A stretch of 14,345 bases of DNA, from NCBI GenBank assembly GCA_040753055.1, contig JBFMHL010000078.1:1-14345 (forward strand), read 5' to 3'. The notes beneath the pieces are model-generated. The model was not told the origin of the DNA and ran no database searches. It was given only the letters and a program-made list of their open reading frames with translations. Origin of the DNA: Thermodesulfobacteriota bacterium (GTDB lineage: Bacteria > Desulfobacterota > Desulfobacteria > Desulfobacterales > Desulfatibacillaceae). A program made the translations under genes and the position numbers. Shown piece after piece: positions 6,153 through 13,287 of the stretch (positions within the stretch are counted from its first letter, which is position 1; each line of letters opens with the position of its first letter).

Positions 6153-6818
6153 CTAACGGCCTTTTTTCTGGGACGTGATTTTCTGCTGGGCCTGGCGAAC
6201 CAGGTACTCCGCCAGGGAAAGGCCGAGTTTTTTTGCCTCGAGCTTCTGCATCTCGATGTTGAACACGGCGACGAGCTCCGGCGGCACGGGCATGCCGAAC
6301 TCGCGCTGGAAGGTTTCCGTGAGCTTCTCCATGGAAGGGTTATCGCCGGAAACCACATTGCGCAGAAGCTCGATCTTGGATTTGCCGGTGGCTACCTTGA
6401 CCCCGGCGGATACCACAGCCTTGCGCCGCAGCTCGGCACGGAAGAATGCCACGATGGCTGGGGAGGGTCTTTCCCCGCGTTTTTCCAAAAAGACCTGCTG
6501 GAGCTTTTCGGTGCTGGGCTCGTCCTGGGCCACAACGGAGCGCACCAGCTCCAAGGCCGACTCGCCCGCGGTGCGGGTAATTTCTTCCTTCTTTTTTTCC
6601 CTCCGGGCGACTTCCTTTTGGAAGAGCTGTACCAGGTCGGGAGTCGCGGGGCGGCCGAACTCCTCCATCACCGTCTTGTGCAACACGGAAAGAGAAGGGT
6701 TTTCCTGCGCCGCTACCGTTTTGACCAGAGCCACCTTCATCTTGAACAGAAGGTCGCCTTCGCCGGGAAGATCGGACGGATTGGGAGCCGGATTCGATGA
6801 TTCGTTTGAAGCCTGCAT
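6153..6818 (-). CDS. Hypothetical protein made of three tandem ~55-aa internal repeats (221 aa); family not recognised
   Basis: Repeat units: (1) KMKVALVKTVAAQENPSLSVLHKTVMEEFGRPATPDLVQLFQKEVARRE; (2) ALELVRSVVAQDEPSTEKLQQVFLEKRGERPSPAIVAFFRAELRRK; (3) KIELLRNVVSGDNPSMEKLTETFQREFGMPVPPELVAVFNIEMQKLEAK. Shared pattern is lv+.Vv..#nPS.ekL...f.eefG.P..Pe.V..F..E. GC3 codon bias is strong. The plus-strand ORFs overlapping it are R/S-rich antisense artefacts. Confidence 0.65.
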   Translation of the reverse strand: MQASNESSNPAPNPSDLPGEGDLLFKMKVALVKTVAAQENPSLSVLHKTVMEEFGRPATPDLVQLFQKEVARREKKKEEITRTAGESALELVRSVVAQDEPSTEKLQQVFLEKRGERPSPAIVAFFRAELRRKAVVSAGVKVATGKSKIELLRNVVSGDNPSMEKLTETFQREFGMPVPPELVAVFNIEMQKLEAKKLGLSLAEYLVRQAQQKITSQKKGR

Positions 6819-6863
6819 GGCGGCTTTTCTTTTGATGCAAAGGGTTTTCGTTACGTTTTCTAG

Positions 6864-6892
6864 GTTATAAACCTTTCCGTAAAAAAGTACAA
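6864..6892 (-). promoter_or_regulatory. Sigma-70-like promoter for the repeat-protein operon
   Basis: Minus-sense TTGTAC (revcomp of 6887-6892), a 17-nt spacer, then TATAAC (revcomp of 6864-6869). It lies in a low-GC intergenic region about 45 nt upstream of the CDS start at 6818. Confidence 0.35.
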
Positions 6893-7118
6893 CTTTAATG
6901 AAAACAAAGGCATAACAACAGATGAACCGTACCCCCTCCCATACATGCCAAATGATGCGAAGAGGTTAAAATTTGCTTCGGAGGCCCCAAGACGGAGTGG
7001 CGGGCCCGCGCAAAATGCTCGAATAAGAACTCCATGCTCCATTTATTCCCGAAGCAGCGCCGTGCCCTTGAGCCCGATCCACGAATCTTGAAACCACGGC
7101 TCGCTTTGCGTTCGGCGA

Positions 7119-8060
7119 TCACGCCAAACGAAGGAGGAAGCTCTTCACCTTTCGGATCGGATGGTAGGATTTCTTGGCCTTTGCGAGCCCGGGGATCCCC
7201 ATGTCCGACTCCTTGTTGATGAGCTCCTGGCCGGGAAAGAGCCTGCGGGCGCACTCCCGGTCAAAGACCTGATACAGGCCCTTGATGGAAGAGAAGGCCT
7301 TTTCGAAATTAAGCGAGCCCATGCTCCTGGTCACGTCCGATGACATGGCAAGGGCGGAAACCTTGCCGTCCAGACTCAAGAGGATACCGCGCCACCCGGA
7401 TTTTTCTCCGTTCTCCGCCAAGGCCCTCAGAGCGTTTTCCGCGGCGTCGCGCTCGCATGCCAGATCGTCGTCCTCTGTATTGCAGTCCCGCTCCTTGCAC
7501 CACTCTTCCAGAAACACCAGGCATGCATCCAATGAGCCGGAGTCAATGGGGGAAACCACCACCATTCCGTTCTGCCCGTAGAGACGTTCGAACTGGTGGA
7601 TCAGGTTTCTTTTTTTGTGGTACTTGTCGCCGGCGAGCTCGGCGAGGTCCGAGGCAAGATACACATAGTCGTCGAATCGTGGATCGCGCTCGACGGAGAA
7701 AAGGGTTTCCATCTGTTTGCGGTCCTGCCGGGCGATCCAGTCTTCCGTCACGAACCAGACCTCCGGAGCGTCGGCCTCCTTCGCCAGGGCTGCCAGCTCC
7801 GGAGCTGCCATTTCCGCTTGGGGCTTGATGGGAAGGAGCAGGTGGGCCGGTTTTTTAGGATCGGCGTAGTCCGCGCGGATCACCAGAAAGCCGTCTTTTT
7901 CCGCCACCTCGGGCCAGAAGTACTGGTTGTTCCAGGCCAGAATGGACGCAATAGAATAGCTGCAAAGATCATAGCGCTGGTCTTTGAAAAATGGCGCCAG
8001 CTCCGCATAATTTTTCGGGAAAACCTTTTGAAAAATCATGAGTCTTTCATTCCCTTGCAT
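7119..8060 (-). CDS. FemAB/MprF-C-terminal-like tandem GNAT-fold protein (DUF2156-type; possible aminoacyl transferase), ~306-313 aa
   Basis: Length and motifs (YDLCSYSIASILAWNNQYF, KKRNLIHQFERLYG) resemble the lysyl-PG synthase C-terminal domain / FemAB-like acyltransferase family. The call rests on my recall of that fold and is not verified. Start is either at 8060 (overlapping the upstream GNAT gene by 14 nt, no RBS) or at 8039 (MIFQKVF, with a GAAAGA-like RBS). Confidence 0.4.
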   Translation of the reverse strand: MQGNERLMIFQKVFPKNYAELAPFFKDQRYDLCSYSIASILAWNNQYFWPEVAEKDGFLVIRADYADPKKPAHLLLPIKPQAEMAAPELAALAKEADAPEVWFVTEDWIARQDRKQMETLFSVERDPRFDDYVYLASDLAELAGDKYHKKRNLIHQFERLYGQNGMVVVSPIDSGSLDACLVFLEEWCKERDCNTEDDDLACERDAAENALRALAENGEKSGWRGILLSLDGKVSALAMSSDVTRSMGSLNFEKAFSSIKGLYQVFDRECARRLFPGQELINKESDMGIPGLAKAKKSYHPIRKVKSFLLRLA

Positions 8061-8463
8061 ACCGCATGGGCACGCAGCCCTTCATGGGCCGGAAGCCCAG
8101 CCGCTCGTAGAATGGCTGGGAGCCCTCTTCGGCCACCAGCGCGATCCATCCGACGCGATCTGCGGAGAGCCGGTCCACGATGGCTTGAATGATCCGGCTT
8201 CCCAGCCTCTCGTTCCGGAAGCCGGGTTCGACTACAACGTCCTGGATGTAAGCGTCACTTGCGCCGTCCGAGATGGCGCGGCCCATGCCAACGATTTTTC
8301 CGTTCATCCGGGCCACCGCAAAGCAATGGCTCCCCCGAATGATCCGCGGGATGGAGGCGGCTTCGTCGCCCGGCTCCCACCAGCCCTGGCCTTGGTAAAG
8401 GCGCCGGATGTCTTCCGCCGTTTCGTCATCCGCCTCTGAAAGAAAGGAGATTGCCGGCTCCAT
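8047..8463 (-). CDS. GNAT-family N-acetyltransferase, 138 aa
   Basis: The acetyl-CoA binding motif A VVVEPGFRNERLGSRIIQAIV (R/Q-x-x-G-x-G/A) and a C-terminal YERLGF element are present. RBS AGGAAGGA is 7 nt upstream of the ATG. Confidence 0.8.
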   Translation of the reverse strand: MEPAISFLSEADDETAEDIRRLYQGQGWWEPGDEAASIPRIIRGSHCFAVARMNGKIVGMGRAISDGASDAYIQDVVVEPGFRNERLGSRIIQAIVDRLSADRVGWIALVAEEGSQPFYERLGFRPMKGCVPMRYARE

Positions 8464-8827
8464 GGTTCATCCTTCCTGTCCTAAATATAAAAGCATAGCA
8501 GAAAGGCCGGCAGCCCTCAAACGGTTTGCATTCCCACTTGAATAACATGCTGTCCCTTCGGGAAAAAATTAGTAAAAATACTAGGGCTGTTTCCAATGTG
8601 CGGCGCCATGCTCTCCTGCAAAATAGAAGCCCTTAGACGCCCCTAAAACCGGGTTGTCAACGCCGGCAAGGACCGAGTGGCGCTTGTTCTCACAGCACAC
8701 AGAGAAAGAAAAAGGGAAGAGGTCTCCGAGGAGGAGGCGGCAGGGCCGAAAGTGCATGTTGGAAGCATGCGGCCGGGCAGCCGAAAGGAATGGGGATCGG
8801 CAGATGGCGCGCTTTTGCGGGTGGTCT

Positions 8828-10654
8828 TCAGACTTCCGATTTCGGGCTCGGATGGGCTCGCCGGATGGCCGCGATCAACTCGTCCCGCGTCAGCGGCTTG
8901 TAAAGGAACTCGCAGACGCCCAACGCCTTTGCCGACTCCGGCGTGATGCGGTCGGAGTAGCCGGTGGTTAGGATTACGGGGAAGCCGGGGCGGCTTTCCA
9001 TGAGAAAGGCCGCCAAGCGGTCTCCGGCCATGCGCGGCATGGAGTAGTCAATGACGGCAAGGTCGAAGGCCTGGGGCAGCCGCGAGAAGAGGGCAAGCGC
9101 TTCCAGGGGATCGGTCTTCACGGTCACCGAGTAGCCCAGCCGTGTCAGCATGCGGGCCATGGAGTCGGAAAGCGGCAGGTCGTCGTCCACCAGCAGGATG
9201 CGGAGCCGAAAAACATCTTCGGTCAACGAGGGCTCTGCTTTCGGGGAAAGGGCTATTTCCTCCTGGTGGGAAAGAAGCGGAAAGTAGAGGGCAAGACAGG
9301 CGCCGGGGCCATCTTGCTCTTCCACTGCAATGCAACCACCGTGATGTTGCATCACCCCGTGAACCACGGCAAGCCCCAGGCCGGTGCCCCTCCCGGGCTC
9401 CTTGGTGCTGAAGTAAGGATCGAAGATTTTTCGGGCGATGCCGGGCGCGATTCCGGGACCTGTGTCGGATACCGAAACGCGAGCGTATCCCTGCGGGCTC
9501 TGTTGGTCCGGAGGAAAGCAGGAGGCTTCCTTCACCTTAGTCAGGCGAATGGTGAGAGTTCCCCCCTTCTCCGCCATTGCCTCCCAGGCGTTGGTGGCCA
9601 CGTTCACGATGGCCTGCTTGACCAGAACCGCATCGGCGTTCACCGTTCCTGCATCTTTTTCCACGATGGAAACCAGCTTGATGTCGGCGGGCATTCCGGA
9701 TCGCACCAGGGCGACGGCTTCCTCCACCATGCCGGTGATCCGGACCGGAACGCGAACCTCCAACTCCTGTCGGGAAAAGGAAAGGATCTGGCGGATCAGC
9801 CCCTTGGCGCGCAATGCGGACGCAATGATCTCCGAAACGTTTATATGGGCTTCGGAGTCTGCCGGGACGTCCTCCAGGGTCATCTCGGCATACCCCAGGA
9901 TGGGGGCCAACAGGTTGTTGAAATCGTGGGCGATGCCTCCGGCCAACGTGCCCAGTGCCTCCATTTTCGCCGAATGCTCCTTGGTGCGGGCCAGGTTCTC
10001 CCGCGTTTCCCGTTCGGAGCGGGCCTCGGTGAGGTCCGTCATAACGCCGGCGATGCCGGCCGGATTGCCTTCGGAATCATAGAATACGGCCTTGCTGAAC
10101 AAGATGGACCGCAGCTCACCTTCCGCGTTTCGCGCCCAAGCCTCGTATACCTGCGGCCTCCGGCGGGCCAGGAGGTCACGATCCGCGCGGGCATAGGTTT
10201 CGGCCAGTTCCGGAGGAGAGACGTCATACACGGTTTTCCCCGGAATTTCCTCGCGAGCCATTCCGATGAAACGGGCGAAGGCTTCATTGCAGCCCAGGTA
10301 AAGGCCTTGTGCGTCCTTGAAAAAGACCGGGGAGGGGATCGAGTCCATGAGCTTGCCCAGGAGGCAGGTTTGGTCCGAGCGGCCTTCCGATTTTTCAAGA
10401 GGGGCTTCCGGGGCTTGGGTCTCGCCGGCGGGTAAAACAAGGAGGGCGGAGGCGATCTTTCGCAAGGAAAGGAAATCCAGCACCCGCTTCAAGTCCGGGC
10501 CCGGCCGAACGGCAACCACGGCTCCGGGTGTGTTTTCAAGGGTCTCTTCCAGGTGGTCCAGGGCGTCGACGTGAATCCACTGCGCGTCGCGGAAGGGTTC
10601 CGGAACGTCGCTTCCTGGGTCGCAAAAGCTGACGATCGTGGGGGGAGTGGTCAT
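8828..10654 (-). CDS. Hybrid sensor histidine kinase: N-terminal ~100-aa region of unknown type, PAS, HisKA, HATPase_c, then a C-terminal REC receiver domain (608 aa)
   Basis: PAS-like segment LMDSIPSPVFFKDAQGLYLGCNEAFARFIG. H-box GGIAHDFNNLL. ATP-lid G-boxes DTGPGIAPGIARKIFDPYFSTK and GTGLGLAVVHG. Receiver segment ILLVDDDLPLSDSMARMLTRLGYSV...DLAVIDYSMP...KP. No obvious SD precedes the ATG. Confidence 0.85.
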   Translation of the reverse strand: MTTPPTIVSFCDPGSDVPEPFRDAQWIHVDALDHLEETLENTPGAVVAVRPGPDLKRVLDFLSLRKIASALLVLPAGETQAPEAPLEKSEGRSDQTCLLGKLMDSIPSPVFFKDAQGLYLGCNEAFARFIGMAREEIPGKTVYDVSPPELAETYARADRDLLARRRPQVYEAWARNAEGELRSILFSKAVFYDSEGNPAGIAGVMTDLTEARSERETRENLARTKEHSAKMEALGTLAGGIAHDFNNLLAPILGYAEMTLEDVPADSEAHINVSEIIASALRAKGLIRQILSFSRQELEVRVPVRITGMVEEAVALVRSGMPADIKLVSIVEKDAGTVNADAVLVKQAIVNVATNAWEAMAEKGGTLTIRLTKVKEASCFPPDQQSPQGYARVSVSDTGPGIAPGIARKIFDPYFSTKEPGRGTGLGLAVVHGVMQHHGGCIAVEEQDGPGACLALYFPLLSHQEEIALSPKAEPSLTEDVFRLRILLVDDDLPLSDSMARMLTRLGYSVTVKTDPLEALALFSRLPQAFDLAVIDYSMPRMAGDRLAAFLMESRPGFPVILTTGYSDRITPESAKALGVCEFLYKPLTRDELIAAIRRAHPSPKSEV

Positions 10655-10686
10655 GGGATGCGACCCGAGGTGAGTGTTTTCCCGAA

Positions 10687-10703
10687 GCGGAAAGAAGTTC
10701 CGC
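10687..10703 (-). promoter_or_regulatory. Perfect 6-bp hairpin (GCGGAA-agaag-TTCCGC) in the leader of the histidine kinase gene
   Basis: Inverted repeat read directly from the sequence, about 35 nt upstream of the kinase ATG in minus sense. Confidence 0.25.
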
Positions 10704-10786
10704 CTGTAATTATTCTAGTAAACAACACATATTTATATCGGGCATCCTTGGTTGAGCGTAACGTGAACAGGGCTCCGAAACAGTAC

Positions 10787-10811
10787 GCCCCGGCCGATAT
10801 CCGGCCGGGGC
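10787..10811 (-). terminator. Rho-independent-type terminator downstream of fadD
   Basis: 10-bp GC stem GCCCCGGCCG / CGGCCGGGGC around an ATAT(C) loop, 33 nt after the fadD stop. On the plus strand it is flanked by GCACTGTTTTCT, so it could act in both directions. Confidence 0.55.
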
Positions 10812-10843
10812 GCACTGTTTTCTAAAAACCTAAGGGGGAACGG

Positions 10844-12502
10844 CTATCCGCGCAGGTCCTTCCTCAGGATCTTGCCCACGTTGGACTTGGGCAGCTCGGT
10901 CCGAAACTCGTAGTACTTGGGAACCTTGTAGCCGGTGAGGTTCTCCTTGCAGTGGGCCTTGAGCTCCTCTTCGGTCAGGGACTCGTCCTTCTTCACCACG
11001 AAGATCTTCACGGCCTCGCCGCTCTTGGCGTCGGGGACGCCGATGGCCGCGGCTTCCAGGACCTTGGGATGGGCCACCACCACCTCTTCCAGCTCGTTGG
11101 GATAGACATTGAAGCCGGAGACGTTGATCATGTCTTTCTTGCGGTCCACCAGCTTCACGAAGCCCTGTTCGTTCATGAAGCCCATGTCGCCGGTGCGGAA
11201 GAAGCCGTCCGGAGTCATGACCTTGGCGGTTTCTTCGGGACGCTGCCAATAGCCCTGGGTGACCTGGGGCCCCTGGATGCAGATCTCGCCGATTTCGTTG
11301 ATGGCAAGCTCCTTGCCGTCGTCATCCCGCACGGAAACGATGGTGGAGGGGATGGGGAGGCCGATGAAGCCGGTGTAATCCTTGATGGTCATGGGGTTCA
11401 TGCAGGCCGCGGGGGAAGTTTCGGTCAGGCCGTAGGCTTCCACCAACGGGGTCTTGGTGACCTCCTTCCACTTCTTGGCCACCGGCTCCTGGACCGCCAT
11501 GCCGCCGCCAAGGGCGACCTTGAGGTTCGAGAAGTCAACCGAGGAGAACTCCGGGTTGTTGAGGAGCGCGTTGAAGAGGGTGTTCACGCCCGTCATGGAG
11601 GTGAACTTCCACTTCTTGATCTCCTTGATGAAGTTGGGAATGTCCCTGGGGTTGGTGATGAGGACGTTGAGCGCGCCGATGGACGAGAAGATGAGGCAGT
11701 TGGCGGTGAGCGAGAAGATGTGGTAGAGCGGAAGCGGAGTGATCATGATCTCCTGGCCTTCCTTCACCAGCTGCCGGATCCACGCCCGTGCCTGCAGAAC
11801 GTTGGCTACGATGTTGCCGTGGGTGAGGATAGCGCCCTTGGCCACGCCCGTGGTGCCGCCCGTGTACTGGAGGAAGGCGATGTCGGCCAGCGTGAGGGCG
11901 GCGGCCCGGAAGGTGCCGGCGTTTCCCTTGGCCAGGGCGGTCATGAAGGGGATGGCGCCGGGGATGGAGTAGGGCGGCACCATTTTCTTCACGTATTTGA
12001 TGACGGAGTTGACCAGGAGGGACTTGGGGAAACCCAGCATGTCGCCGATCTCGGTCACGATGACGTGCTTGACCTGGGTCTTGGGCAGCACCTTCTGCAG
12101 CGTTGCTGCGGAGTTGGCGAAGATCACGATGGCCTGGGCGCCGGAGTCCTTGAGCTGGTGCTCCAGCTCGCGGGCCGTGTACAGCGGGTTCACGTTCACC
12201 GCCACCATGCCCGCGGACAGGAGCCCGAAGAGCGCGATGGGGTATTGGAGAACGTTGGGCATCATCAGGGCAACCCGGTCGCCGGGCTGGAGCTTGAGCT
12301 CGTTCTGCAAAAAGCTTGCAAACTTTTTGCTGAGCGTTTCCAGCTCGTTGTAGGTGATGGTCTTGCCCATCTGATGAAAGGCGGGCCTTCCCGCAAACTT
12401 TTTGTAGGCCTGCTCCATGATATCGGGAATCGAGGCATACTCGTTCACGTCTATCTCAGCGGGCACACCATTCTGATACTGCGGAAGCCAGATCTTCTCC
12501 AT
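10844..12502 (-). CDS. fadD: Long-chain-fatty-acid--CoA ligase (acyl-CoA synthetase), 552 aa
   Basis: Near-collinear similarity to E. coli FadD as I remember it: MEKIWLPQYQNGVPAEID vs MKKVWLNRYPADVPTEIN; GDRVALMMPNVLQYPIALFGLLSAGMVAVNVNPLYTARELEHQLKDSGAQAIVI is almost identical. AMP-binding motif YTGGTTGVAKGA is present, plus the C-terminal GYKVPK element. Strong RBS AGGAGGAG. Start is at 12502, not the upstream in-frame extension. Confidence 0.9.
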   Translation of the reverse strand: MEKIWLPQYQNGVPAEIDVNEYASIPDIMEQAYKKFAGRPAFHQMGKTITYNELETLSKKFASFLQNELKLQPGDRVALMMPNVLQYPIALFGLLSAGMVAVNVNPLYTARELEHQLKDSGAQAIVIFANSAATLQKVLPKTQVKHVIVTEIGDMLGFPKSLLVNSVIKYVKKMVPPYSIPGAIPFMTALAKGNAGTFRAAALTLADIAFLQYTGGTTGVAKGAILTHGNIVANVLQARAWIRQLVKEGQEIMITPLPLYHIFSLTANCLIFSSIGALNVLITNPRDIPNFIKEIKKWKFTSMTGVNTLFNALLNNPEFSSVDFSNLKVALGGGMAVQEPVAKKWKEVTKTPLVEAYGLTETSPAACMNPMTIKDYTGFIGLPIPSTIVSVRDDDGKELAINEIGEICIQGPQVTQGYWQRPEETAKVMTPDGFFRTGDMGFMNEQGFVKLVDRKKDMINVSGFNVYPNELEEVVVAHPKVLEAAAIGVPDAKSGEAVKIFVVKKDESLTEEELKAHCKENLTGYKVPKYYEFRTELPKSNVGKILRKDLRG

Positions 12503-12714
12503 GGTTCTCCTCCTAAGGTACGGTTTGCGTGCGGGCAGGGCCCGCGTTGAACGTTCCTCAAAAAAAGGGCGCACGGGTGCTGCTTGAGCCCCCGTGCTCG
12601 GAATAATCCCGGTAGGAATTTGGACCTATAGCAAGCAAAGGGGGATATATGCAAGGTTTTTTTGCGAAAAAAGCACGTGTCTAAAATGCAACGCGCCCGG
12701 CGCGGGCAAAGCCC

Positions 12715-12740
12715 CGGAGGGCAAGCCTCCGCTTTTCCTC
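12715..12740. terminator. Hairpin CGGAGG-gcaag-CCTCCG with a T-tract on the plus side and an A-tract on the other: bidirectional terminator candidate between the TauE-like gene and fadD
   Basis: Read directly from the sequence. It lies 17 nt downstream of the TauE-like stop on the minus strand. On the plus strand the stem is followed by CTTTTCCTC. Confidence 0.35.
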
Positions 12741-12747
12741 ATCCTCA

Positions 12748-13113
12748 TTACTTCTTGAGAAATAGGTAGGCGGCAAGCCCCACCAGGATGAAGGCAAACA
12801 CTTTCTTGAAGCCGGACGTGGAGATGTGCTCCACCAGGCGGGCTCCCACCTGAGCCCCCACCACGCCGCCCAGCCCCAGGAATATCCCCGCCTGATAGTT
12901 CACGTTGGAAAGCTTGTTGTGGGCGAGAAGCGCCGACACCGAAATTACCAGGATGGCGAGAAAGGAGGTCCCCACGGCCTTCTGGGCCGAATATCCCATG
13001 AACAAAAGCAGCGGGACCATGAGAAATCCTCCTCCCAGCCCCGAAAAGGACGCTCCGATCCCCACCAGAACACCGAACCCGGCCAACATCGCGTATAGGG
13101 TCGCACCCTGCAT
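12748..13113 (-). CDS. Half-size TauE/SafE (DUF81) family membrane permease, 121 aa, 4 predicted TM helices
   Basis: Start MQGATLYAMLAGFGVLVGIGASFSGLGGGFLMVPLLLF carries the G-x-GGG-x4-P-x-L signature of DUF81. RBS AAGGAGG is 7 nt upstream. The upstream in-frame extension is basic, non-membrane and lacks an RBS. Full-length TauE proteins are two such repeats, which suggests this one acts as a homodimer. Confidence 0.65.
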   Translation of the reverse strand: MQGATLYAMLAGFGVLVGIGASFSGLGGGFLMVPLLLFMGYSAQKAVGTSFLAILVISVSALLAHNKLSNVNYQAGIFLGLGGVVGAQVGARLVEHISTSGFKKVFAFILVGLAAYLFLKK

Positions 13114-13287
13114 GAAAACCTCCTTTGCTGTTTGCCGCAAGCATGGAAAATCCGGCAAAGGCCTATCATTTCGCCTTCGAAAAACCAAGCGCGGAGCAAT
13201 TGACAACAGGCCGCAGCGCCGGGTAGGGTACGCGCGTCACGTCCCGGCCCCATTCTTCCTACTGCCGGGCGCAAAGGAGAACCGCAC

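Noticed and set aside
6123-6870. Plus-strand ORFs 6123..6800 and 6175..6870 overlapping the repeat-protein gene
   Set aside because: The minus-strand frame gives a repeat-structured protein with good GC3 bias and operon context. The plus frames are Ser/Arg/Leu-rich and lack an RBS.
7161-7343. 60-aa plus ORF preceded by GAAGGAGGA downstream of the DUF2156-like gene
   Set aside because: The SD-like motif is about 25 nt from the ATG, the ORF is antisense to a real gene, and it has no features.
9266-10435. 389-aa and 214-aa plus-strand ORFs inside the histidine kinase locus
   Set aside because: They are antisense to a clearly recognisable HisKA/HATPase/REC protein, have no domains, and have biased composition.
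10952-12550. 532-aa plus-strand ORF
   Set aside because: It is antisense to fadD, which has near-identical motifs to E. coli FadD. The product is Gly/Val/Asp-rich and nonsensical.
10844-12574. Upstream in-frame extensions of fadD (to 12574), the TauE-like gene (to 13206), the DUF4124 genes (to 5549 and 6358) and flotillin (to 3577)
   Set aside because: Each extension is basic, low-complexity and lacks an RBS. Internal ATGs with strong SD sequences and signal-peptide / homology start points define the real starts.
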